This document shows positions 21,501-33,064 of a stretch of 64,000 nt of DNA, in pieces; the stretch's first letter is position 1; each line of letters begins with the position of its first letter. The notes beneath the pieces were generated by a model. That model had not been told where the DNA came from, did no database searches, and worked only from the letters and a program-made list of their open reading frames with translations. The position numbers were made by a program, and so were the translations under genes. The stretch comes from Mayamaea pseudoterrestris (Eukaryota): assembly GCA_027923505.1 (NCBI GenBank), contig BROI01000004.1, positions 1,054,001 through 1,118,000 of the forward strand. The letters are read 5' to 3'.

Positions 21501-22603
21501 ATAACCTCCTCGGCCGTTTCATTCGCGTCTATCTCCAACACATCGTCATTCATTGCCGCGTCGTCATCAGTTCGCTTTGCTTCCATGCTCGACTCGGCTG
21601 CGTTCATGGCTTTGTCATCCAAATTTCGCGAATCGGCATATTCCTCATTTGATTCAGTCGCTGCTTCTGAACCAAGCTTTTCTCCAACATTAACCGCGTC
21701 ATCGTCTTCCCTCTCCTCGGCCTCCACGACGACGACCGATTCGTCGTCCACAGAAACATCAATTTCAATAGACTCATCCCGCTTGACACCTTCTTCATCG
21801 TCAATATTAAGATCACTGCCATGATCCGAACACGTCACAGTCACTTCGTCTTCTTCCTCCTGTTTCGTAACAAGCTCCAATACTCCATTAGCAGCGCAAA
21901 AGGCCGATTCCAAACGCTTGGGACTGGCCGTCTTGGCGATGCGCGTCGTCACACTCTTGGAATCGTCAGTTGCAGCTGCGCCAGCGGCCGACTCTAGACC
22001 ACCAGTCGTCGTGGCAATCTCGTCTACATTGTCGTCTGCGCCAGAAGCATTCGTTGATACTTCACGAGGCGCGCTACTGCTAGCAATCACCTCGACACTA
22101 CTCGCCGTATTTGGCGCGCTTGCCATTTTACTGCTCGCTGACGTCGTAGTAACGCCAATGCAAATGTCGCGCAAAATGTTCTTCTTGGCATCGTCCAAGC
22201 TCGCCGCTTGCAGCTGGTGCGTCTGGTCGGTTGGTGTTGCTGCAATTTTGTCAATATTCAACTTGCTAGTTTCTGCTGCTGCTGCAGCATGAGATTCATT
22301 CTTGGCTACTGCAGCTTTCGCTAGTCGCGCTGGAGAGGAAGGCTGCTTTTTAGGTTTCGCCGTCGCTCCGAAAAAGCTAGTGAGTGACAATTGTTTCTTG
22401 CTGGCTGCTGCCGCATTCTTCTTTTTGGCAGCCGCCGGCTTGCTGGCAGCGCCAGACTTTGATGATTCTTCCATGGTAGGAGTCACCTTGGGGCGCGCTG
22501 CTGCAGGCTGCGCCGCGTCAATCGTTGGTGCAGGTGCGTCGGGCGAGTTTGCGGCGGAAACGTCGTCGTCGTCAAAGACTTGCACAATTTCAAGTGAAGG
22601 CAT
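18545..22603 (-). CDS. CHAF1A: Chromatin assembly factor 1 large subunit (p150/FAS1/Cac1)
   Basis: PIP box KQLSLTSFF, KER coiled coil, second PIP-like KQAACMMSVF, KFLSFHEDLRPPYWGTW, LDYEHDSEAEWEE acidic ED domain, C-terminal winged-helix region. Confidence 0.92.
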   Translation of the reverse strand: MPSLEIVQVFDDDDVSAANSPDAPAPTIDAAQPAAARPKVTPTMEESSKSGAASKPAAAKKKNAAAASKKQLSLTSFFGATAKPKKQPSSPARLAKAAVAKNESHAAAAAETSKLNIDKIAATPTDQTHQLQAASLDDAKKNILRDICIGVTTTSASSKMASAPNTASSVEVIASSSAPREVSTNASGADDNVDEIATTTGGLESAAGAAATDDSKSVTTRIAKTASPKRLESAFCAANGVLELVTKQEEEDEVTVTCSDHGSDLNIDDEEGVKRDESIEIDVSVDDESVVVVEAEEREDDDAVNVGEKLGSEAATESNEEYADSRNLDDKAMNAAESSMEAKRTDDDAAMNDDVLEIDANETAEEVIMLDNVDNKVTDASKSLMDNASTVDEQQFTPDAVANTRKRAASIDSGAAIKKRAAPSDQSIPEELQKAMEKHQHMRDRYRDKARKILAKCKDMPEEQFKIALPESASVPDVESIDFSTFPDFAVATLAALIEGSIRSLTDLSFFATDSLNSIYDTTEFVHEVVSDKLKILATRKQYIKHPFIATNNGSLVDGSDAKDAIIDIFQDEHVDYMWRWEVSCIDLLPADATSPVKAARAARKKIASQFAALDKLLCSLNEADRLILLSVDGSGKTSKSGKSAANQLEKMFARISQEEEKVLKFERQEEAFRLSVDAKRKAKAVKTDSSLKPMSDEAKKQKDIEKENKAKEREAEKLKRTQEREAERLKRAQEKEHAKQMKIDEAERKKQEKADMEAKEKAKKDAEIRKQAACMMSVFQPKMTQKAPVAAASVALKEQPALTEKLPKQMQSGVLECEILWRAIGSCGTISRRPFQTLSKRARVSRKRRTSRISTTVTVTVLVGEEAENPFNESEGPYAEDRQLTVEVLNKNKFLSFHEDLRPPYWGTWSKHSSSVTGNKPFGRDVVLDYEHDSEAEWEEGDDEVGEDVELETAEDEEEKELDAYETNDGWFANDDEVIYVEVDPEVDVEMPEKPLNWQTRLVGSEDRTELTVGNIAPIEGRPFTSDAFHASLEHEDMVTGISVEEAQELLNLHSVEILDDAPIYLDSFPPELIEETDQEQELLSSKAMQDEDQRTFARFVHMSTQPKAQLVDDFRLKHEALNVPRSQLLRFMDAAAEKQKFPISGQSLWVVKEEVLDALELDDLIEVGTASAEEAQKEAIRIIAKFVHHSTTSSKEKLVDELRQANPILALSRQKALKVLDETAEKMKHPDGGYYWVVKSAVKVELDLLDLADTVPVKKNDEEALPAEKCGADSFTLALSKPLETDGAATHERILPLKRKGSDDGDALPSADSVHDAQPAPHLSPAKKHATTLSSVKLLQSHLIKKKQAS

Positions 22604-22983
22604 GAGAAAATGTACTGCAACTATGCTCTGCTGTACTATATTACTATATTACTTTCGACGTTAAACAATGCTAATGAAAGCAACGCAAAGATGATTGATC
22701 GTCGACCTCCATTGTTGTTGTGGCTCGCAAGGATCATCACACCACGAGGCGCGCCCCAGCATTGGCCGGCTGGCGCGCAGCGTTCCGATGACGCATGACT
22801 CGTGAATCTTTGTCGAGTCATGGCGCGCCGTTGAGTGCACGCGTCGCATCGCGAAACGTCACAGTCATCACACGAGCCACGGCGAGGCCATGATGGGCCT
22901 CTCCCCTTTGTTGGCCTACCACAGTCTTGTTTCTTGTTCTATCTCCATTGAGTGTACCGTCAAATAGCTACTTTTGCTTCACC

Positions 22984-25900
22984 ATGACTAGCAACGAGGA
23001 TCTATTCGAGGAAAAGAAAATGCCCGACTCGGAGAGCGGGCGAAGCATTGGCAATAACGGTGGAGTTTCACAGAACAATTTGATGCTTCAGCCAAAACCT
23101 TCCTTCAGAACAAAGCGAACGCATCCCCTTCCTCCTCCCATGGATCATTCGAGCTCTTCGTTATACATGTGCATGCCATGCAGCAGCAATCAAGCTACGA
23201 CGATGACGTTCCAAGGTGATGCATCAAATGCTCAACGCATCAGGTTGCGTTTCCTAGCAGCGTCGCCCAAGCATCCAATGGTGCTTGAATCGCTCATCCA
23301 CAGTCGGAACGACAATGATGAAGTCGAAGAAAACAGCAACAATCTACTTGGAAATATAACGGTCATTTCCGTATCAGGCGACACTGCAATTTTGGAATTC
23401 ACGTCGTATGGCAACATGCCTGCCGACTTGCAGCACACGTTGGTGGACCGATTGTCAGAGCAAGGATATCCAGTGACGCTAGAAATTTTGACTGCTGAGA
23501 ATGGAAATGATGCAATGGCCGCTTCGAATGCTGCATACAAAAGCATCCAGGTGACAGCTCCGACCAAGACGACCAGCACTACGAGCATTGACGACTCGCA
23601 CTATGTCACTTCCATATTCATTGTTCAAGGCATTTGCTGCCCGACTGAAGTGCCAGCCGTCCGTTCCATTTTGCTGACGCCAATTGAAACTGCGACTGGA
23701 GCAATTGCCGTCAAATCATGTCAGATTCACATTGCCACCAAGCGGGTCCATGTGCAACATGATGTTGAGCAAGTTTCCGCGGAAGCACTGGCGGAACGAC
23801 TGACAGCCCAAGGATTTCCGGCGCAGATAGTTTCCAAGCACAAGTCTACTAGTCGAAAAAGTAATTGTGCCGTCAATGAGTCTAGTTGCACTAGTCGGGA
23901 GCAGAATACAATTTTGCCGCAACACCACCAGTTGCAGGATATTGAACGCAGCACGTATGTGGAATCAACGCTGAGCATTAATGATTCCGACTGCGAAGTG
24001 ACAATTGACGAAGCTATAATACAAGACGCGCTTCGATCTCTATCAGGCGTTGCATCCTGCTCCTACACGAGTTCGTGTCAAGTGTTGAAGGTACAGCATG
24101 ATCCTGCAATGGTTTCGTGCACTCGTCTCTTGGAGGCGCTGCAGACGGCCATGACTGGCGTACTCGTCGAAGTGCTGGTCAATGGTGGGGACGCCAAATT
24201 GTTTCTCCCGGTGGAAGTGGTTGATTGGTCGTTGCAAATGCAGCAGCAAGAAGATCAAGCGCAACAAAAGCACTACTTTTCTTGGTCCACATCGCATCGC
24301 CTCCAGCTGCATGTGCTTCTCTCCGGCATCTTTTGGGTCGTGAGCATGGTATCCATGCTTTTGCCTAGCTGGTGGCACTGGCTCCAATACTTTGGACTAC
24401 TAAGCGTCGCGTTTGGACTGCCACCAATTGCCGCAAAGGCTTGGCGAACAGTGCGGCGAAGGCAGTTTGACGCCAACTGTATGATGGTCACCGCTGCGCT
24501 CGGGGCCCTTGCCTTGGGCGAGTTTGATGAAGCCGCTAGCGTTAGCTTTTTGTTTTGTGTTTCGGAATATTTGGAGTCAAGGGCGACGGAACGTGCGCGC
24601 AAGGCACTGGAAACAATCATCAAATTAAAACCTGAACACGCAAATGTGATCGACCCAGTGACAAAGGAAATTAGTATCGTACCATGCGAACAGATTGCTG
24701 TCGGCAGCTTGATATCAGTACGGACGGGAGATAAAATTGCAGCGGACGGAGTGGTTGTGGAGGGAACTTCTTCCGTAGATGAATCAAGTCTTACTGGCGA
24801 ATCTGCTCCTGTTTACAAAACAGTTGGCAGTTCTGTATCCGGTGGAACAATCAACATTGGTTCGACGCGCTTAATAATGCGAACTACGTCTACAGTGGAT
24901 GACTCTGCCGTTTCAAGATTGGTCCGATTGGTTGAGGAAGCCACGGCGAACATGTCACCAACCGAAAAAATGATTGACAGTTTCGCACGCTTATACACAC
25001 CGACTGTGTTGACCATGGCAGCTATCATGGCCACAATACCTTGGATGTTTGGGACAGAGACTGGGCGCTATTGGACTTTGAATGCATTGATCATTATTGT
25101 GATTTCCTGTCCATGTGCACTGACAATCAGCACGCCTGTTACTTACGCGGCAGGTCTTGCGGCAAGTGCGCAGCGAGGTATAATCGTCAAAGGCGGCGCT
25201 AGTTTGGAAGCATTAGGAAGTGTGACGAGCATTTGCTTCGACAAGACGGGTACTCTTAGTGAAGGCAAATTTGCTGTGATGCATCTGAATTTGATTGGTA
25301 ATACTTTGTCACGGGACGAAATGCTTGCGCTTCTGGCTTTGATGGAAGCTCCATCAAGCCATCCACTTGCGGCAGCACTTATTAAGGCGGCAAAAGTGGA
25401 AGGCATCTCCGCTCCTTCGAATGCCGATGTTAAGGAGCATTGCATTCTTGAAGGCGAAGGTGTCGAGGCGACCGTGAACGGAAACAAAGTGTATGTCGGC
25501 AATATGCGGCTCTTTCGCCGGCTAGGAATGTACGAGAAAATGCCTTTAGGCGATAGAATTCTAGCGGAAAAATGGATGAAGGAAGGCGCCACGGTGGGAT
25601 TCTTAGGCGATATGGACAAAGGCATAGTTGCTGCTTTCGCTGTGACTGACAAGGTTCGATCGGAGGCTAAGAAAATTGTTGACACTTTATTACGAGAAGG
25701 GTATGACATCATGTTATTAACCGGCGATTCTGAAGATGCCGCACAAGCGGTAGCCAGACAGGTCGGCATTTGCCCTGGCGGAGTGCATAGTCAGCTGCTT
25801 CCAGAAGACAAGTTGCATTTTGTCGGTAGCTTGAAGCACCCTCAAAGCACTGGATGTTCTGGCATTTGCAAACGAAATCCCAAGGTACTCTTCCTTGGCG

Positions 25901-26380
25901 ACGGTGTGAATGACGCACCGGCCATAGCAATTGTAAGTATATGTGTAATAATACTTGTCGTATCAAATGTGAAAGATTGCAAAATCATCTCATGCGTTAA
26001 CGCCACTTTTCATTCAGGCTGACGTTGGCGTCTCCATGGGAGAAGGAGCAGCGATTGCCATGGAAATGAGCGATGTAACATTACTGGATTCCAACCTCGA
26101 AAAACTTGTGTATGTTCTCCAAATGGGAAAGAGAGTGACACACACAATCCGCGAGAACATCATTCTTAGTCTCCTGTGCAAGCTGGTGGTGGTCGCTCTG
26201 ACCTTTGCCGGCTCCATGACCCTGCTCTTTGCGATTGCGAGTGACGTTGGTGTCATGCTCTTAGTTACATTGAATGGATTAAAGCTGCTGCCGCGTGAGC
26301 AAGTCGGGTCGCTTGCAAAATTGCGACGCAAGCGTTACACTCAAGTTGACATGCTCGATCCAGCTCGCGACATTGTATAA
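22984..26380 (+). CDS. P1B-type heavy-metal ATPase, Zn/Cd (P1B-2) type; 2 exons (intron 25933-26017)
   Basis: HMA domain GICCPTE, DESSLTGES, ISCPCAL, DKTGT, SSHP, LTGD, GDGVNDAPA; Lys in the penultimate TM and ASDVG in the last TM. Confidence 0.93.
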
Positions 26381-26466
26381 ACAATGCGTATTAAGAAGGT
26401 TAAAGATTGCGTTACACATAAATTAGCAAGTTCCAAACTTTTCTCTGTTACATGGAGCTTGTTGTT

Positions 26467-27716
26467 TCATAGTTGCGCACCATTCGGTTCCTTGACCGCG
26501 CTTGGATATTCCTCGACATTCTCTCCATCGTGCGCCGCCGACGGCGACTTGTAAACCTTACTGCCAGCCATTCGAGCCGCCAGCTCCGCCTCCATGCCAC
26601 TCACCATGACGGACAAGACGGAATCGACATTGTAGGCTCCACCAGCAGGTCGCCAAAGTTCACCAACCACTCGCAAAGTCAAGACAATGCCAGCCGTCAT
26701 GACTCCAAATAAGGTTCCCTCCACAGTCAACAAATTGTATCCTCCAATCGTTTGCGTCCCCGCTCCAAGCAACGGGAAACTAACAAGTTCAATCGCTGCC
26801 AAAATCCACAAGAGGTTCATGTGGAGGCGCGGCAGTTTGCGCTGCAAAGCACCCAAGCGGCGGGCCCGCGCCTCTCGCAGCGACCGCACCGTGTCATAGA
26901 CGCTCGACGGAACACCCACACTGGTCATGTACATGATGCTTTCCAATGGGTCGTCCACCGGCCGCGAGGAAAGCAGCACGGCAGGGTCGGCCTGCAGCAT
27001 CTTCAAGTCGTTCTTGACGTAGCGATCAATTGCCTCCAGGCAGCGACGGTACATGGATCTTCCGGAACACACCAAGGCAATCTGTTCCAAGAGAGACTTT
27101 GCTTCGGTAACTTCGTGAAACAGTGCATAGTAGACTGACTCCTGCGTGTCAAGTGTCCGAGTGATTATTATGAGAACTCTGTTTACAGTGTAAACTTTGT
27201 CAATGTCGGCGAAGCGACCCAATAAACAGCGGAAAACACGACAAAAGCTCTTCGGCGTTACCTGTTGACTGTAAAGACATGAAAAACTTTGTCCAACGAG
27301 AATGCTAAACAGCAGACTGCTCACGCTCAAAAAGTTTTGGACAAACTGACTCGAGTCGATGGACAATACTTTGAGTGGTCCAGGACCTTTGATAAGATTG
27401 GTTGCAAGCCACGTTGCTATTATGGGAAAGGCAAGGTAGCCAACAAAACCAGCCAGGGCGCTTGGAATGGTTATTCGCAATAGAGTCTTTAGCTTTGATT
27501 CTCTCCTGTCGAGTAAACTACGGACACATCACCTTGGTAAAGGTTCGTTAATGGTGCCGAAGCATGTCGATGCAGAAGCTGCCGCTCAAGTCGAGATGGA
27601 AATCGGCCCAGTAATATAGATTGTCGTCCAATCAAACTGGTCTGTATATATGCATTAACAATATATGGCTGAAGACATATAGCTGTAGCAAAAATAAAAG
27701 ATAAGGTCTTCATCAT
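26467..27716 (-). CDS. Uncharacterised multi-pass membrane protein (DUF4239/bestrophin-like pattern), possibly plastid-targeted
   Basis: Hydrophobic segments plus LREARARRL...LPRLH. A 120-nt GT..AG intron (about 27142-27261) is read through in frame by the ORF caller. The upstream signal-peptide ORF MMKTLSFIFATAICLQPYIVNA-Y is one frame off, so the 5' junction is unresolved. Confidence 0.6.
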
Positions 27717-27922
27717 GATGGATGTTTGGGAGAGACGACGACGGGCGTTCGCCATTGTCGCGCCATTCGATCTTGGGTGTACCGGTAGGTCGTACGTCCC
27801 ACCGAGACTAAGCAGTGCCAGTCAGACGCTTGGAGGATTTGGATGGAGGAGCAATACTGGTACGATATAGTTTTCACTCATATCGTGGGATTTTATTTAA
27901 CGAGCATGAGTCACCAGATTTT

Positions 27923-28008
27923 TGAAAAGGAAGGCTTTCGTTCGCACTCGTTCATGCACAACCCCGCATGCACCATGGCCTTGCGATAGTTTGGCTCCCC
28001 ACGTCAAT
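27923..28008 (+). promoter_or_regulatory. Conserved non-coding block upstream of tyrosinase 1
   Basis: Aligns with 32797-32878, including the identical TTGCGATAGTTTGGCTCCCCACG and TCGTTCGCACT. Confidence 0.65.
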
Positions 28009-28359
28009 TCGCAAGCTTGGACAGTGATTGAAACATGGAAAAGATGCGGGACAAAAAGGGAACGTCATGACAAATAATTATATATAAATCTGCTTGCAGC
28101 TGGACCTCGCGTATGCGCCATTGGCCAGATCGAGGAACACTTTCATTCACATTCACACGGCAGCTGCCAATGGCGCAACGATGCCTTTTCAACTTGCACT
28201 GACAAGCGTGGAAGGGAGGCCTTGTTATCCCAAGCGCGAGAATGACATTTTTCGTGCCGGGATTTTTAGTCCGAGCAATGATCGGCGATCGGAGCCATCA
28301 TTGGATGTTGTTGGCGCCGCCGCTGAAGCGAACCAGAGATTGGATTAAAAAATATCGTA

Positions 28360-31300
28360 ATGATGCCCATCAAGACAAGTGCCTTCTTCTTGCTGCTGCT
28401 GATTGCAGCAGTGTATCTACCAAGTGTCCATGGGAAGGAGGCGCTCCACGGCGGCGGCCATGCTTCGCTTGACGCTGAGGTAACCAAGGATTCGATTTCG
28501 TTGCTTTTGTGCTCTCATGCGAACGGTCTTAACTTTGCAGGAATCGAAACACTCAATTCTACGGAAATGTGTGTCGCCTTGACAAGCAGCGACCAGCAGG
28601 ATGAGCTTTCCATCGGACAAGTTTGCCTTAAGATAGCGGCGGATGCGGATGGGCAGAATGGATTGGACGTTACCTTTGACACGCCTGGTGTAGATACGTT
28701 CATTGTTGCAACGTCTGTTATGATTGGCACCAAGGCAGCTCCTCTTGTAAAGTCGACAAGTGCTCTTCGTTCCAAGGCTGCGAGCAACAAGGAACGACAT
28801 GTCGAGGCAGACGAAATTATTCGTATAGAGGCAACGTATTCAGTCAGTGATCGCATGCAAGCTGCAACGTCGCACGTTAGTGTCAATGATCTTTCGATCG
28901 AGTGCCGCAAGGCGCAGCTTTTGCTTGGAGAGGAAAATGTTGAGATCCAGCTCGTTGCGCTGGTGACAGTGGTCGACAAGCAGGACGCTACGCAGGAGAC
29001 GGAGTGGACGACTCGAGGCTCAAATGGCTCGCCAGCTTTATTGCGACTCCCCTGCAACTGTTCTGCAATGACTTATAATTTCGGGACAATCAAGCAAGAA
29101 AACATAGCTGCATCGATGTCTTCGACGTTTCGTTCATCCAATTATTCGCCTGGAGGTACGCGTGTGACCGGGACGGAATGTTTCCAAAATGTTATTTCGC
29201 CGCGTTGTTTCTCATCTTGCTACCGCGTCTATAACTTTTTAAACTAGCAGATCATGCGTCGCAGAGTACAAGTGGTCAAACGATGAAGTCATCTACTGAT
29301 TCGAGAATTGCGGAGGCGATGCATTTGAAGCAGTCGGTCCTGTCGTCTGATTCGACGACGCGCATGCTGTCGGCAACCGACGTTCCGTCAAGCCATCCAT
29401 CGCATGCGCCATTATCCTTGCCGAGTCGCTCTCCTTTGACGTTTCCTCAACGCGAACCGAGCTATATTCCCTCGAGTCAGCCTTCTACATCGCCATCTGG
29501 ACTTCCTTCAAGCCTTCCATCAAGCATTCCTTCAAAACGCCCAACTACACAGTCGCCGACAAATGTTCCATCTCTTACGCCATCATCCTTGCCAAGTCAC
29601 CTTCCCTCGACGTTTCTTTCCAGCGAACCAAGCTACGTTCCCTCGGGTCGCCCGTCCGCATCACCATCAAGATTTCCTTCCAGATCACCATCCAGATTCC
29701 CTTCCAGGTCACCATCCAGATTCCCGTCCAGATCTCCATCCAGACGTCCCTCAAGACGCCCGACTACCATGTCCCCAACTAAACGTCCTACAATGTCACC
29801 CACCATGATGCCAACACGCTCGCCGACTATGCGCCCGACACGTTCGCCGACTATGCGTCCAACGCGTCGACCAACAATGGCTCCAACTCGTCGACCAACC
29901 AAACGCTTAACGAAAAAGCCAACCAGAGCTCCGACCCGGTTTCCGACGCGGCCCCCGACCTGGGTAAAAAATTGTTACGTGCCGTTTGTGAGCCACGTTT
30001 ATTGCATGTTCACTAACCAATTTTTTTTGTTCAATCAGGTAACTTGCGGTCCTTCCGTTCGACGGGCATGGCACGACACTAGTTGTGAAGACCGCGCCGC
30101 GTACCTTCGCGCCGTGGAGTTGCTTTACAAACTCCCTGCCACCAATGCTCTGAACATACCCAACTATTTTGATTTTGTTAGAATGCACAACAATGCAAAC
30201 AACAGTATTGTTGCGCACGGCGCACTAGATGGTCCGTTCTTGCCGTGGCACCGTTGGTACCTTTGGAAGTACGAACAGGCGCTGCAGCATGTGTCGGGGA
30301 CTTGCTTGACCGTTCCGTACTGGGACTGGACAAGCATCCAAGGCAACGCTACTGTTTTTCAAGCGGCTACTTTTGGTACCACCAGAACAGGAATCAGCAG
30401 GGTTGATGGTTGCGTGATTGAAGGTATCGCTAGCAAGAACGGTTTCTGGACATCGACGGTCAAAGGCGGCTGTCTCAAACGGTACGTCGTCTTTTCGTTG
30501 CGTCATTTGTATAATCCTTCCCCGGTACTTTGACATCGTATTGTTCTTGTTCTATGTAGGACTTTTACCGCCAAGTATGCCAATTTTTCGACGGAAACTG
30601 ATATTGCAAGACTTATCATGAACTTCCCTTCTTTTGGCCGAGGACTCTCGGGCTTTTCAAATAACCTTCAAGGCGCAATACATGGGGTTGTCCACAACTG
30701 GGTTGGAGGCCACATGATGTCAATGACCTCACCTGGTATGTCTTAAATACAAGTCGGGGGTGTGTACGTTGCGATAGCTTTTGTGTTGACACATTTTTGT
30801 TCCTGCATACAGATGACCCCTTGTTCATGCTACATCACGGTAAGACTTAGAAACATCATAAAACGCATCTCAATTTCGTCTCTCAACGCTTTGTCATTTA
30901 TTTTGTTGCAGCCAATGTTGACAGAATTTGGGCCATATACCAGGATTACCACAACCAGGATCTCATCGATAAGGCTGCTCTGACGGACGAAGAATATTCT
31001 GCTGGGCGCGGCATTGGCCGCGATGATCCACTTCCATATTTTGAAGTAGGATCTTATCCGCGATACTTCTGGACTTCGGATCAACGATTTCCAACTCCTC
31101 GCGAACTGCATCATAGCCAAGGCGAGCTTGTTCAAGTCACTTATGCTAATGATTCTATCGGACTACTTCTAGCGACAATGAATTCATCATATGTTGCGGC
31201 CAACAATGAAAGCTGGGTACAGCGTGCCACAGGCCCAGTCAGTGCGATCAGCTGTTCTAGACGCTTGGACGAGAAGGAAAGTGTTAATGGCAATCCTCCA

Positions 31301-32503
31301 AAAGACGTGAATAAAATGCTTGGTATTCCGGAAGACACGCCTCCGTTCAGCGACATTGCAACCCGAATCATGTGGAGCAATTTGACCTCTCAAGGTTTGT
31401 CCCCGTCAGACGCACTGAACACGCTTGCGTACCGGGAATGTAAAGATCAAGGCGACACTCTTGTGGTGTCCCCAGCTTGGATTGCAATGCAGGGAATGGA
31501 CAAGAATTTATTCAAATGCTTCAACCAAGGCGAGCCAAGTGATTGCGCCACCAAGATTGACATTGTATCAAGTGACAAATCATTGGCATCCGTAGCTAAT
31601 CCGGTTCAGGTCCTCAGTTTTGATGAGACTTCAGTCACCGTCTCACTTTCCCAGGTGTGGAAGCCTGGCGCACTCACCATGATGGCGTTGCACTATGTGG
31701 ACACTGAAGGCTTTGAACGTTGTGATACAGTCCAAGACGTTTTTACCGGTGAATTCGCATCTTACAAAACTCAATGCCAGAATGGATTCACAGGTGTAAT
31801 GCTCTATGCTACTGATGCAACCTTCCCAATAACGGCTCCAGCTGGTTGGGTGACTAAACTTTGCCGCTCTGCTGGCGTTGGATCACTGGGAACGTTAGCT
31901 AGTTCCGTCACCATTCCTTGCAGCCTTGAGGGCGCCCAATGCCCACTTCCATTGGCGTCTGAACCAATTTGTGATGGAACTCCCAACTACCTTGTGACCA
32001 ACGAGATGTTTGACTCATCGGACGCCAAGGGAGCAAGTAGCTGGATCTATAGTAAGACTGGCAAGGATGACAAGCTAGGAATTTATCTCAAGCCAAACAG
32101 TGGAACAAGTAAAACGTTCAGGGTTCCTACCACCGCAAACCACCTCATTGTCACGCTGGAGGTTCTCAAACTTAACTGTGCCAAGTCTACCAAAGTATCA
32201 TTCCTTCTCGGTACGGAGCCAGTGGAGCTTGGCTTGTTTGATTGCGCGCAGCGCAATCAGCGACGGTTTACGTCTGGAAAAAATGTCCATGTGACTGTAA
32301 CAAGCAAAGCCAACACTGCGGATACGGTTGTCCTCAAAGTCCCACCTGAAATGTTTAGCGCCGAAGGTCGTTTGACGATTGGGTTGCAGAACTCTGCGAT
32401 TGGAATTGGTAGCGTATCTATTACGGCTGACTGTACCAATCAGTTGCCACTTTGGGAAGACCCCAAGGTTGTGAGCATCATTGACCAGTATAGTGAACCA
32501 TAA
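28360..32503 (+). CDS. Secreted multidomain tyrosinase (type-3 copper protein) 1; 6 exons
   Basis: Signal peptide; P/S/T/R repeats; CuA VRMH...AHG...FLPWHRWYL, PYWDW; CuB HGVVHNWVGG...SP|DDPLFMLHH|ANVDRIW rebuilt across introns 29156-29247/50, 29964-30038, 30482-30559, about 30736-30812 and 30840-30911; Cys-containing C-terminal modules. Confidence 0.92.
29380..29963 (+). repeat. Coding low-complexity tandem repeat, 4-aa period P-[S/T]-x-x (PSRFPSRS, PTRSPTMR)
   Basis: 12/24-nt periodicity, e.g. repeated tcaccatccagattccc, and cgccgactatgcg twice. Confidence 0.85.
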
Positions 32504-32796
32504 GGTGTAAGATTTGCAAGTGCTAGAAACTTTAGTATTTGCGGGGCTTGCATAAACCCATCGGACATTACTTCTCTAGGTACAATGTGGAACGTCCCTA
32601 GCAAACATAGTTTCTCGCCCCTTCCATGTACCAGTAGTGTCGCACCAAAAACCTTTCCGACATGAAGAGCACAAGCACCAAACCGTGGAGTCACGAGCTA
32701 CGGAAAGGAGCGACTGGCTCGGAACGAGTGAACATCATGACATTTTACCAATGACCGATGATATTTCTCTTGGCGAATCAAAGGTATTCGTGTCAA

Positions 32797-32878
32797 TGAA
32801 AGGAAGACTGTCGTTCGCACTTACGCGACTAACCCTGCATGCACAAGGCTTTGCGATAGTTTGGCTCCCCACGCCAAT
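32797..32878 (+). promoter_or_regulatory. Conserved non-coding block upstream of tyrosinase 2
   Basis: Second copy of the 27923-28008 block. Confidence 0.65.
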
Positions 32879-33064
32879 GAACATTGTTCGCAGGGCAGTT
32901 GTCAAAAGACAATGACAAGGAAATTGATACACTTGCTGAAAATGTCGCGCGGGTTTTTGCATCCGAGGAGCGACTGAGGATGAGCGGTAAAAATGGTTCG
33001 GCGACCATTCCAAAGCTCGTCCTCATTGGTTTGTGAAAAGTTGCTGTTGCTGCAAACGAACACG

